From NCBI GenBank assembly GCA_038845975.1, contig JAWBQF010000004.1, positions 32,001 through 96,000 on the forward strand: a DNA stretch of 64,000 nucleotides, read 5' to 3'. Position numbers and translations under genes: made by a program. The DNA comes from Candidatus Methanomethylicia archaeon (GTDB taxonomy: Archaea > Thermoproteota > Methanomethylicia > CALHIW01). The notes beneath the pieces were generated by a model. It did no database searches. It saw only the letters and a list, made by a program, of their open reading frames with translations, and was not told the DNA's origin. This document shows positions 52,939 through 61,928 of the stretch, piece by piece; the stretch's first letter is position 1; every line of letters begins with the position of its first letter.

Positions 52939-54918
52939 TTACACCCCATCTAAAGATTTAGAAATAAGCTCAGTTAAATCACATATAGATACTTTCTCAT
53001 CAATACCCTTAATTCTTGCAGCATCCTCAAGCATTGCTAGACAAAATGGACACTCGGTAATTACTCCTTCCACATTTAAATCTGTAAGCTCCTCAAGTCT
53101 TACAACACTAATTCTCTTCTCCTCAAGTATTTCATACCAATAATTCGCACCACCACCTCCACAGCAAAATGTTTTCTTTCCTCTATTTCCAGCTTCCTTA
53201 ACCTTTAATCTTGGAATGTGTTTTAGAATAGTTCTAGGCTGATTATATATGTTGTTGTATCGTGCCAGATAACATGGATCATGAAGTACTACTACAGTAT
53301 CTATTGGTTTGCCTATCTTGATAGCTCCCTTCCTCATAAGGTTTTCAATAAGCTCAGAGTAATGATAAACCTCAATATCTAGTAATCCAAATTTTGGGTA
53401 TTCGTTTTTAAATGTATTATAGCAGTGTGGGCAAAGAGTTAGTATTTTCCTGACGCTATACTTCTTAAATAGTTCAATATTATTTAATGCTATTTCTTGA
53501 AATCTACTTTCTTCTCCTAGTCTCCTTGCAGGATCACCGCAGCATGTTTCCTCAGCTCCAAGTACTGTAAAGCTTATATTAGCAGTTCTAAGAATCTTTA
53601 TGAGAGATTCTGAAATTTTAATAGCTCTACTATCATATGAAGCTAAACATCCAATCCAAAGTAAATATTCAACATTAGGATTTTCCTGAATAGTCTTAAC
53701 GTTTAATTTAGCTGCTAATTCCTGTCTATCCCACTGCGACATTCCTAAGCTATTTGAGGAATGAGCTAGATTACTTAGTAGATCGCTTTTCTTCTTATCA
53801 AGTCTGGAATTTCCTACAAGCCATCTTCTAAGGTCAACTATAAAGTCTACATGACTTATCCATGCAGGACATGTGATCATGCATTTTCCACATGTTGTGC
53901 AGGACCAGACCTCATCTTCGGATATTATTGAGCCAGTTAATGTCTCAACATCTCCAGTTATGAGTTGTTTTTTAAGTTTTTGAATTATCATTCTAGGCTT
54001 TAAAGCTCTTTTTGAAGCTACAGCAGGACAAACTTCGTCACATCTTCCACAATTAGTACAGGAATCAACCATAAACTTTCTAGGCCAATCAAGATCCCAA
54101 ACATTACCTACACCAAATCGAATATTCTCCATCGCTTCAGGATTGCTTAATAACTCAGACAGTAGGAATGGAGTTGTTATTGAGCCTAATGGTTTATCAG
54201 ATTGAATAGCAATATTTCCTGGTACAGCTAAAATATGCCATAACTTAGAGTATGGAATAGCTGCTATAATAATACATGCTGCAATAACATGTGACCACCA
54301 AAACAATATATGAAGAGTTTCCGCAGTATTAACTGGTATACTAGTTAAAAATAGTGAGATTATAGAGCCTACAGGAGACCATGCAGAGGATAATGAGGAA
54401 AATATAAGTTTAAAACTTTCAGTTAATAATCCTGATAGCCCTAGATATAGTAAAGCTACTAGAGCTAGAAGATCTTCCATTCCAGTTTCAAGCTTCCAAG
54501 GTCTAATAACCACTCTTCTAATTAATGCTAGGCAAACACCTACAATGAATAGAATACCGGAAATATCCATAATTAAGCTTAAATATTGAAAATAGGAGCT
54601 GCCGAAAATTAACACTAATGGAAGGTTTAAATTAAATAGAAAAGGAAAACCGAGAATAACCTTTCCAAATAGGAGTATTAGGAAGCCGTACATAATTAGA
54701 AAATGTGAAATACCAATATAGGGATCATTTAATACCCTACCTTGAAGAAGAACATCCCTTAAAAACTTAATATAATTTCTAGAAAAATACTTAAACTGAT
54801 TAATAAACCCAGTAATACCATAAATCTTAACTCTAATGTAGAAACCATAAGTAAACATCACCAACGATCCAATAGCTAAAGCATACATTAACGTTGGTGA
54901 TGGGGGGGTTAAATTCAT
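52939..54918 (-). CDS. Heterodisulfide-reductase-related membrane Fe-S protein (FadF/HdrF type: cytochrome b + 2x[4Fe-4S] + 2 CCG domains)
   Basis: N-terminal TMs with WWSH..PYSKLWH; CTNCGRCDEVCP, CTTCGKCMITCP; ETCCGDPARRLG, CPHCY, HDPCYL, CCGGGG, CPFC. Confidence 0.9.
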   Translation of the reverse strand: MNLTPPSPTLMYALAIGSLVMFTYGFYIRVKIYGITGFINQFKYFSRNYIKFLRDVLLQGRVLNDPYIGISHFLIMYGFLILLFGKVILGFPFLFNLNLPLVLIFGSSYFQYLSLIMDISGILFIVGVCLALIRRVVIRPWKLETGMEDLLALVALLYLGLSGLLTESFKLIFSSLSSAWSPVGSIISLFLTSIPVNTAETLHILFWWSHVIAACIIIAAIPYSKLWHILAVPGNIAIQSDKPLGSITTPFLLSELLSNPEAMENIRFGVGNVWDLDWPRKFMVDSCTNCGRCDEVCPAVASKRALKPRMIIQKLKKQLITGDVETLTGSIISEDEVWSCTTCGKCMITCPAWISHVDFIVDLRRWLVGNSRLDKKKSDLLSNLAHSSNSLGMSQWDRQELAAKLNVKTIQENPNVEYLLWIGCLASYDSRAIKISESLIKILRTANISFTVLGAEETCCGDPARRLGEESRFQEIALNNIELFKKYSVRKILTLCPHCYNTFKNEYPKFGLLDIEVYHYSELIENLMRKGAIKIGKPIDTVVVLHDPCYLARYNNIYNQPRTILKHIPRLKVKEAGNRGKKTFCCGGGGANYWYEILEEKRISVVRLEELTDLNVEGVITECPFCLAMLEDAARIKGIDEKVSICDLTELISKSLDGV

Positions 54919-55061
54919 AGTGAAGTTAGTTGAATCAACATTTATATAAATTTTTCCTAGATTTTACTAAGAATTCCATGATACTGTATTAATTATTAAC
55001 GCATAAAATATTTTAAGATAATTCTGTAAATGTTTAAATACTAATATATTCAAGTTTATTC

Positions 55062-55406
55062 ATGGTTGAGCTAGCAACTACCGATTTAGCGCTTAAAATC
55101 TTATCTAGATATAAGCTATGTAATAAATGTCTTGGTAAACTATACTACGATCCCGGATATGTTAAGGATGAAGAGAGAGGGGAATCGGTAAAGATTGTCT
55201 TATATATAGAGGCATTTAAATACATTCAAGAAGACAACTACAATCATGGAATAGAAATTCTTAAAACATTAGCTGAAAATGGTGATTTTCACCCAGCATA
55301 TTTAAGCCTAAAAGAGCTTAATATAAATATGGAAAGGGGAGAGTTTCAATGCGATTCATGTACTGGAAAAATAGATTTAAACAGTCTTAAAGACAAGAAT
55401 GAATAG
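55062..55406 (+). CDS. Stand-alone homolog of the Pus10 N-terminal Zn-binding domain
   Basis: ALKILSRYKLCNKCLGK..ERGESVK..L..EA..LKTLAENG..CDSC resembles the archaeal Pus10 N-terminus; no catalytic domain follows. Confidence 0.6.
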   Translation: MVELATTDLALKILSRYKLCNKCLGKLYYDPGYVKDEERGESVKIVLYIEAFKYIQEDNYNHGIEILKTLAENGDFHPAYLSLKELNINMERGEFQCDSCTGKIDLNSLKDKNE

Positions 55407-55906
55407 GTATTATATGAGGTAATTTTACGATAAAATTTAACAATAAACTAATTACATGTTACTAACTATTATTGTTTAAGCTAGGAATACTGGATTATAT
55501 TAAGAGTTTATGAATTATATATTATAATCCAATTATATAAACAATATTTAAAGTCAGCAATGAATAGCATATAATTATTATGTCTCTAGTATATCATGTC
55601 TATGAAGTATAGTTCATATAGTCTTTATACATGCTAAAGCTTTAAACTATTCAACAAGAATTTGATTATAAATTTCAATTTATACGCTATACAAGCAAAT
55701 CTTCAAGATGTGGAGCTGGTTTACTATTTATGTATTGATGAATAGTAAATTACACGTAAGTTTAACTAAGTTTACGTGTATGGCTGTAAGTATTAGAATA
55801 TAATTTCATGATGCTTGATATGGGATATAATCATGCTGTTCCAGAAATGCTACCAGATGCTTTATTTAGTTTCTAATTGCTTCTAGCAGTATATAGCTGG
55901 AAAACT

Positions 55907-56653
55907 TTACGTAAATTCTTCCTGAATCAATTGGATAAGATTTTTCCTAATGTCAAGAAATACATCACTAAATATGCTTCTAGGTTTCGGTAATATTGCT
56001 GAAAGATCTATTTCCTTCTTTACTGTTGCCGGTCTTTTTGTTAAAACAATTACAGTATCAGCTAGAAAAACTATTTCCTCAACATTATGACTTACAAATA
56101 CTGTAGTTTTCCTATATTTTTGATGAATTTTAAGAACTTCAAGCTGAAGATAATATCTTGTTTGAGCATCAATATTTGCAAATGGTTCATCCATTAGTAG
56201 GACATCAGGGTCTATAGCTAAAGCCCTTGCAAGACATGCTCTAGCTTTCATACCTCCTGATATTTCATGAGGGTAATAATCTTTAAATTCATATAATCCT
56301 ACAGCTTTAAGGAGATTATAAACAAGCTCCCTACTAGATTTTTTATTAATACCTCTAATTTCCAATCCAAAGAAAATGTTTTCCTCAACAGTTCTCCAAG
56401 GATATAGTGTAAGGCTCTGAGGAACATAGCCTATTTTATGTCTATATGTATTAGGGGCTTCATTATTAATAAGTACTTTACCAGTATCTACCTTCTCGAT
56501 ACCGCTTAAAATTCTTAGAAGAGTTGTTTTACCACAGCCTGAAGGACCTAAAACTCCAATAAGCATTCCAGGTTTAGCAGTGAATGATATATTATTAAGC
56601 ACTTTAAGATTATTAAAGGATTTACTAACACCCACAATATTTAGCTCAGCCAT
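55907..56653 (-). CDS. NitT/TauT (sulfonate/nitrate) ABC transporter ATP-binding protein
   Basis: GPSGCGKT, LYPWRTVEEN, YPHEISGGMK, LMDEPF. Confidence 0.92.
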   Translation of the reverse strand: MAELNIVGVSKSFNNLKVLNNISFTAKPGMLIGVLGPSGCGKTTLLRILSGIEKVDTGKVLINNEAPNTYRHKIGYVPQSLTLYPWRTVEENIFFGLEIRGINKKSSRELVYNLLKAVGLYEFKDYYPHEISGGMKARACLARALAIDPDVLLMDEPFANIDAQTRYYLQLEVLKIHQKYRKTTVFVSHNVEEIVFLADTVIVLTKRPATVKKEIDLSAILPKPRSIFSDVFLDIRKNLIQLIQEEFT

Positions 56654-56661
56654 ATGACCAC

Positions 56662-57417
56662 TTAAACCTGTCTAACAAAGCCTTTCTGCCACTTTAAAGT
56701 CTTAATCTCAATAACTCTAACAATTCTCTCAAGAATAAAACCTATTACACCAATAACTAACATGTATGCTGTTACTGCAGATATATCATGTAAATACCTC
56801 ATATTCATTATTTGAAGACCAAGACCTGGAGGACCAAACATTTCGGCTGCGACAACACACATCCATCCAACACCTACACCAGTTCTAATACCGCTTAGCA
56901 TGGATGGAAGAGAAGACGGAAGAGCAACCTTAACTAGAATGTCTAGATCACCAGCTCCTAATGTTCTAGCTATCTCTACATATTCTAACGGTACATTACT
57001 AAATCCTAGAAAGGTATTTGTAAATATTGGAAAGAAGGAGCCTATAAATATTATTAGGGAGGATGCTTCAAAATCACTTCTAAAAGATATGAGAGCGAAT
57101 GGAATCCATGCTATTGGTGGAATAGGTCTAATAATTTCTACTATAGGTTTAATAAGGGCTCTTACTGAACGATACCATCCAGACAACGCACCAATAGGAA
57201 TAGCAACTACTAGAGCCATGGCAAATCCAGCAATGAAGTGGACGATGCTATGATATGCATATATTGGGATTTTATCTATTAATGCATAGATGGAGAAAAC
57301 AACATCAACAGGTCTAGGTAGAATAGCAGGAAGAATCCGGATTTCTGATGCTAACTCCCATAGTGAAATAAATACGGCAATAGATGTTAACGATATTAGG
57401 CTATCTCTAAACTTCAT
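56662..57417 (-). CDS. NitT/TauT ABC transporter permease
   Basis: RPIPPIAWIP, ARTLGA, GVGWMCVVAAEM. Confidence 0.92.
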   Translation of the reverse strand: MKFRDSLISLTSIAVFISLWELASEIRILPAILPRPVDVVFSIYALIDKIPIYAYHSIVHFIAGFAMALVVAIPIGALSGWYRSVRALIKPIVEIIRPIPPIAWIPFALISFRSDFEASSLIIFIGSFFPIFTNTFLGFSNVPLEYVEIARTLGAGDLDILVKVALPSSLPSMLSGIRTGVGVGWMCVVAAEMFGPPGLGLQIMNMRYLHDISAVTAYMLVIGVIGFILERIVRVIEIKTLKWQKGFVRQV

Positions 57418-57446
57418 ATACTGTCAACTATCAAATAGAAGTTAAC

Positions 57447-58547
57447 TTATAAGGTTTCCTTAACAGCTTCTTCATATATTGACTTGTTAAGCAGATCATT
57501 AATTTCTGGTTTAACCTTTATTGATCCTATATTATACATTGCATTAACAAACATAATCAACCCTTCCTCAGCTTTACTTGGATCCGGATTAAATATAATT
57601 TTTGTTTTATTATCTGTAAATGTCTTCATCAATACGTATCTAGTAAAAGTTATATTATAGCCCCAAAGCTCAGAAAGCTTTAAAGCACCAATTTCAATAG
57701 CTTCAACGGTATTCTCAGCAATATATTTCTCAGCCTTTACATGTAGTTTAACCAGTAATCTAGCTAAATCCGGATACTTCTCGTAGAATTCTCTACTTAT
57801 AGCAAGTACACAGCATGGATGATCCAATACCATATCACCGCTTGAAGTAACTATTTTACCAATATTTTTAATTTCACAAATTTCGGGAGTTGGTGAGGGG
57901 GCAAATATAGCATCTACCTTTCTAGTTGATAATAATTCAATTTGTTCCTGAGGGCCAGAAACCGGCTTAATATAGACGTTTACATTAGGATCACCTAAAT
58001 CTCCAGGTTTTAATCCATTATTTTTAAGCCAGCTAATCATGATTGTATGTTGAATACTACCTGGAGGATATGTTGCAATTACTTTTCCAATCAGGCTTTT
58101 TGGACTAGTATAGTTTAATTCAGGATTTACTACAAGCGCTGAGCCATGATATTGAGCTATAGCAACTATAATAGCCCGTGGTACAGATCGGCTAGATTGC
58201 TTAGCTTCAAGATATTTAGCTACAGCACTAATAGCCGGAGTTGCACCAACATACATGACATCAATATCACCAGCTAAAAATCTCTCAACTTGCGGTGGAC
58301 CACTAGGAAACGACTTCTCAATAATAGTTACATTATATCCAAGCTTAGCAGCTTCAGACTCAATCCATTTCTTACTTAGCATAATGAAAGCCGGTAAATG
58401 ATGATCTGAAGGCTGATATGAAAATTTAATAGTAACATATCTAGACTCTACCGGCTTATTGAATGTTATAAGAAATATTGCTATTGAAGCTATAAGAATA
58501 ACTGCTACGATCATAATAGCTTTACCTATGTTCTTCAATGCAGTCAC
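57447..58547 (-). CDS. NitT/TauT ABC transporter substrate-binding protein
   Basis: YQPSDHH, FPSGPPQ..GDIDVMYVGATP, PPGSIQH, DHPCCVL. Confidence 0.9.
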   Translation of the reverse strand: MTALKNIGKAIMIVAVILIASIAIFLITFNKPVESRYVTIKFSYQPSDHHLPAFIMLSKKWIESEAAKLGYNVTIIEKSFPSGPPQVERFLAGDIDVMYVGATPAISAVAKYLEAKQSSRSVPRAIIVAIAQYHGSALVVNPELNYTSPKSLIGKVIATYPPGSIQHTIMISWLKNNGLKPGDLGDPNVNVYIKPVSGPQEQIELLSTRKVDAIFAPSPTPEICEIKNIGKIVTSSGDMVLDHPCCVLAISREFYEKYPDLARLLVKLHVKAEKYIAENTVEAIEIGALKLSELWGYNITFTRYVLMKTFTDNKTKIIFNPDPSKAEEGLIMFVNAMYNIGSIKVKPEINDLLNKSIYEEAVKETL

Positions 58548-58784
58548 CTAAACCCTAAAAGGGATGAGGTATATAAAAATTTCTAAATAGTATATAAATA
58601 GAGCCTTTTCAAATACAAATGGATAGAAAAATATCCTTACAGTATTACTATTTGATTTCCTACAACTTTAAATATGTTTATTTCATTGTTTTGAAATGTT
58701 TAATATGAATTAAGTATTGAAATAAGGAATTATATGTGGAGCATAATTAAGCAATAACGTTTCCAGAAGCGCTACTAGATAATA

Positions 58785-59321
58785 CTAGCTGATAGTGTTA
58801 AACTGTGATGCTGCTCTTTTTATTGATTGAACAATATCGTTTTCGCATACATTAACTGAAACAAGAGGTATATCTATAAAATCCTGTAGCATCTGGATGA
58901 CTATTGGTGCTGCAACTATAGCTTTGGCTCCATCTTTAACTGCTTTTATAGCAACCCTATATACATCATCAAGCGTATTTACAGAGTATCCTTTAACCTT
59001 TATATTTAGCTCTGTAAGCTCTCTTGAAGATAAAATTCTTTCAACAACTTGTCTAGTAGCTAGAAGAGCTATAAAATCCTTCTCATAACTTTCCCTATTA
59101 TGAATACTTTTAAAACCATTTATGATTGCTCTTAAAGTATAAATTCTAATACCGCCTTTCCCACTTACAATCTTCTTTAAAGTACTTAATGGAACACCTG
59201 ATATATTTGAAAAATCACGAAGCTTAACTCCTGAAATTATTAGAGCTCTTCTAAACTCTTTTCCAAACTCAGCATCTGACATTAAAGCAGCATTAACCAA
59301 TCTCTGAATTATAGAACTCAT
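58785..59321 (-). CDS. XRE-type HTH transcriptional regulator (COG4800-like), upstream of the ABC operon
   Basis: HTH SGVPLSTLKKIVSG..IYTLRAII; C-terminal domain IALLATR..A.KDGAKAIVAAPI. Confidence 0.75.
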   Translation of the reverse strand: MSSIIQRLVNAALMSDAEFGKEFRRALIISGVKLRDFSNISGVPLSTLKKIVSGKGGIRIYTLRAIINGFKSIHNRESYEKDFIALLATRQVVERILSSRELTELNIKVKGYSVNTLDDVYRVAIKAVKDGAKAIVAAPIVIQMLQDFIDIPLVSVNVCENDIVQSIKRAASQFNTIS

Positions 59322-59400
59322 ATAAACTATTAACTATAGCTTTCTTATATTTCTTCATAACAATAGCTTTACTACTTGCCGATTTAAAACCTAAAATAAT

Positions 59401-59433
59401 TATTGATTAGAATTGTTATGATTCTAATCAATA
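59401..59433. promoter_or_regulatory. 13-bp perfect inverted repeat (operator or hairpin)
   Basis: TATTGATTAGAAT-tgttatg-ATTCTAATCAATA, about 80 nt upstream of the regulator start. Confidence 0.4.
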
Positions 59434-59691
59434 TAATGGTAGTATGGATTTTACAGATATGTCTTGAATGTAATAGTTTATTTTAATACATCTACACGAT
59501 AAACTCACTACAAAACCTCAGTAGTATTATTATGTATACTGTTTGGATGAGTGTTGATACTAGCCTTTCATACCCATAGTTACTCTTCTGAATGATGTTA
59601 TCAATGCGAAAAGCCTTTCAACAATGCTTCTCATGCTTTTATATACCTTCTTAATGAAAGCTTGTAGTCAAAGTTATTAGTTAATGTTTAT

Positions 59692-60762
59692 CTACAGTAT
59701 AAACCATTTCCCATCCTTCATTACTAGCTCATTATCGAAGTATATTTCTCCATTTACTCTTAAATCTTTAATCATATCCCAATGTATTGCTGATTCATTC
59801 CTGCTTAAAGTTTCACTATAGCCTCTTCCTAATGCTAAGTGTATTGTACCCCCAATTTTTTCATCAAACAATATTTCCTTAACACTTCTAGTAATGTTGT
59901 AGTTAAGACCTATACCAAACTCACCTATTCTTCTAGCTCCTTCATCTGTATTTAGCATTTTTTTAAGAAATACTTCATTAAATCGGGCTTTACACTCAGT
60001 AACGACACCATCTTTAAATTTTAAATGGATGTCTTCAACTATGTTTCCGTAAAAAACTGCTGGTATGTCAAATTCTATTACTCCATTAACGCTGTCTTCA
60101 ATTACTGATGTGAAAACTTCTCCATCAGGCATGTTTCTCTTACCATCAGCAACTACAGCGCTTCTATTTTTAACGCTGAACTCTATATCAGTATTTGAGC
60201 CTATAATTCTAACTTTATCTGTTCTATTAAGCCTATCTTTAATTTTATGTAGTTCCATAGATGTTTTTCTCCAATCAATAAGGCAGGCATTAAATACAAA
60301 GTCTTCAAACTCTTGAAGAGACATACCTGCTTCCTGCGCTAATCCTTCAGTTGGGCAGTAAAAGATAACCCATCTCGTTTTTTCAACACGCCAATCAAAT
60401 ATAGGTTTTAAAACTTTCATTCGCATACTGATTTTTGATGGATCAATAGATGAAAGCTCCTTTACATTTAATGGAGCTCTTAAAGCAATATATACATCAG
60501 TATTTTTAATCTCAAACATATCGATTTCAGGGAAGAATTGAATATGCTTGTCTTGAGCATACTTATAAAACATGTACTGTCTTCCAGGAATTTCAACTCT
60601 AATCCATGGATAAGCTCCTTTAATAAGAGCATTCTTATAAATTTCCAATGCTAAATCTTTAGCAGCTAAATCAGCATATATTAATACTTTATCATCACTT
60701 CTAACCTCCGTTGAATATTCAAGAAGTAAATTAGCTATTTTAACTATTCTCCCATCAACCAT
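59692..60762 (-). CDS. Aminopeptidase, M29 (AmpS/PepS) family
   Basis: NMPDGEVFT, DEGARRIGEFGIG, ILFDEKIGGTIHLALGRGY, SAIHWDMI. Confidence 0.92.
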   Translation of the reverse strand: MVDGRIVKIANLLLEYSTEVRSDDKVLIYADLAAKDLALEIYKNALIKGAYPWIRVEIPGRQYMFYKYAQDKHIQFFPEIDMFEIKNTDVYIALRAPLNVKELSSIDPSKISMRMKVLKPIFDWRVEKTRWVIFYCPTEGLAQEAGMSLQEFEDFVFNACLIDWRKTSMELHKIKDRLNRTDKVRIIGSNTDIEFSVKNRSAVVADGKRNMPDGEVFTSVIEDSVNGVIEFDIPAVFYGNIVEDIHLKFKDGVVTECKARFNEVFLKKMLNTDEGARRIGEFGIGLNYNITRSVKEILFDEKIGGTIHLALGRGYSETLSRNESAIHWDMIKDLRVNGEIYFDNELVMKDGKWFIL

Positions 60763-60895
60763 TCAAACCACCAAATAGCTAAGCTATTAGAATTTTCAAT
60801 CTTATATATCTTCTTAATTAATGATGGATGCTGAAGCTTAACAGCTACTAATTCCTTACTAAATGCGTTAATTATATATTTAATAGCTAATTAGC

Positions 60896-61561
60896 ATGAA
60901 TATGGTTGGATCTATATTTAAAATAAGGAAAGTAACTGTTGGACCTCTTGAAACAAACTGTTACTTATTAATTAATGAGAATACAAATAACGCTGTAGTT
61001 GTCGATCCTGGATGGGATTCAGATAAAATAATTAGGGTTCTCAGGGATACCCATATTAAGTACATTATTGCTACTCATGGACATTTCGATCATGTTTCAG
61101 CCGTTAAGAAGCTAAGAGAAAGTAAGGGAGGAGCATTTATGATTCATAAGTTAGACCTAGAAATACTTAGCCACGCTAGGATTAGCTCATATCTTTTCCT
61201 AGGAGCTAATATTGATGAGCCGCCAAGCCCAGATATAATTCTTGAGGATGAAGTAGAAGTAGAATTTGAAGAACTTAAACTTAAAATAATCCATACACCA
61301 GGTCATTCTCCAGGTAGTATAAGTATATACATTAAGGAATTAAATAGCCTGCTAAGTGGAGATACATTATTTAGGGATAGTGTAGGTAGAACTGATATTC
61401 CAGGTGGATCATGGGAAGAATTAAAGAACTCACTAAGAAAACTACTTCAAAACCTTCCGGATACAACGGTAATATATCCTGGTCATGGTCCTGAAACAAC
61501 AGTAGGTAGGGAGAAAAGTATTAATCCATTTGTTAATGAGATACTATTCAGCAAACATTGA
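60896..61561 (+). CDS. MBL-fold metallo-hydrolase (glyoxalase II-like)
   Basis: THGHFDHV, HTPGHSPGS, SGDTLF..SVGRTD, YPGHGPET. Confidence 0.92.
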   Translation: MNMVGSIFKIRKVTVGPLETNCYLLINENTNNAVVVDPGWDSDKIIRVLRDTHIKYIIATHGHFDHVSAVKKLRESKGGAFMIHKLDLEILSHARISSYLFLGANIDEPPSPDIILEDEVEVEFEELKLKIIHTPGHSPGSISIYIKELNSLLSGDTLFRDSVGRTDIPGGSWEELKNSLRKLLQNLPDTTVIYPGHGPETTVGREKSINPFVNEILFSKH

Positions 61562-61928
61562 ATTTATATCTTCATAGTTCTAAATTGCTCTTTATATTGC
61601 TTTTTATAATGTTACTAATTTATTGATAGTGTTGTTTATATTAGGGCTCTCATCAGTCTCACATGTCAAGTTTAGCGTTTCACTAAGCTTCTTAGGAATT
61701 ATTGGAAACCAATATCTGAAAACTATAGACCTAATTCGTCTCCATATAGTAATACTACTAAATCATGGTAATAACATAATAAATCTTAAATCACTAATTT
61801 GATATTTTAGACATTAGTACTCTATAAACTTTAATGTGGAAGTATATGTTTGATTGGTTAAGTTCACAAGGTGGAAAGCGTATTAGAAAAGTTTAATAGT
61901 ACTAGAACGATTAGGCTTTAGGCAATAT

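Noticed and set aside
55751-55780. Inverted repeat TACACGTAA...TTACGTGTA between convergent genes
   Set aside because: It is short, single-copy and AT-rich. It could be a terminator hairpin but may be chance.
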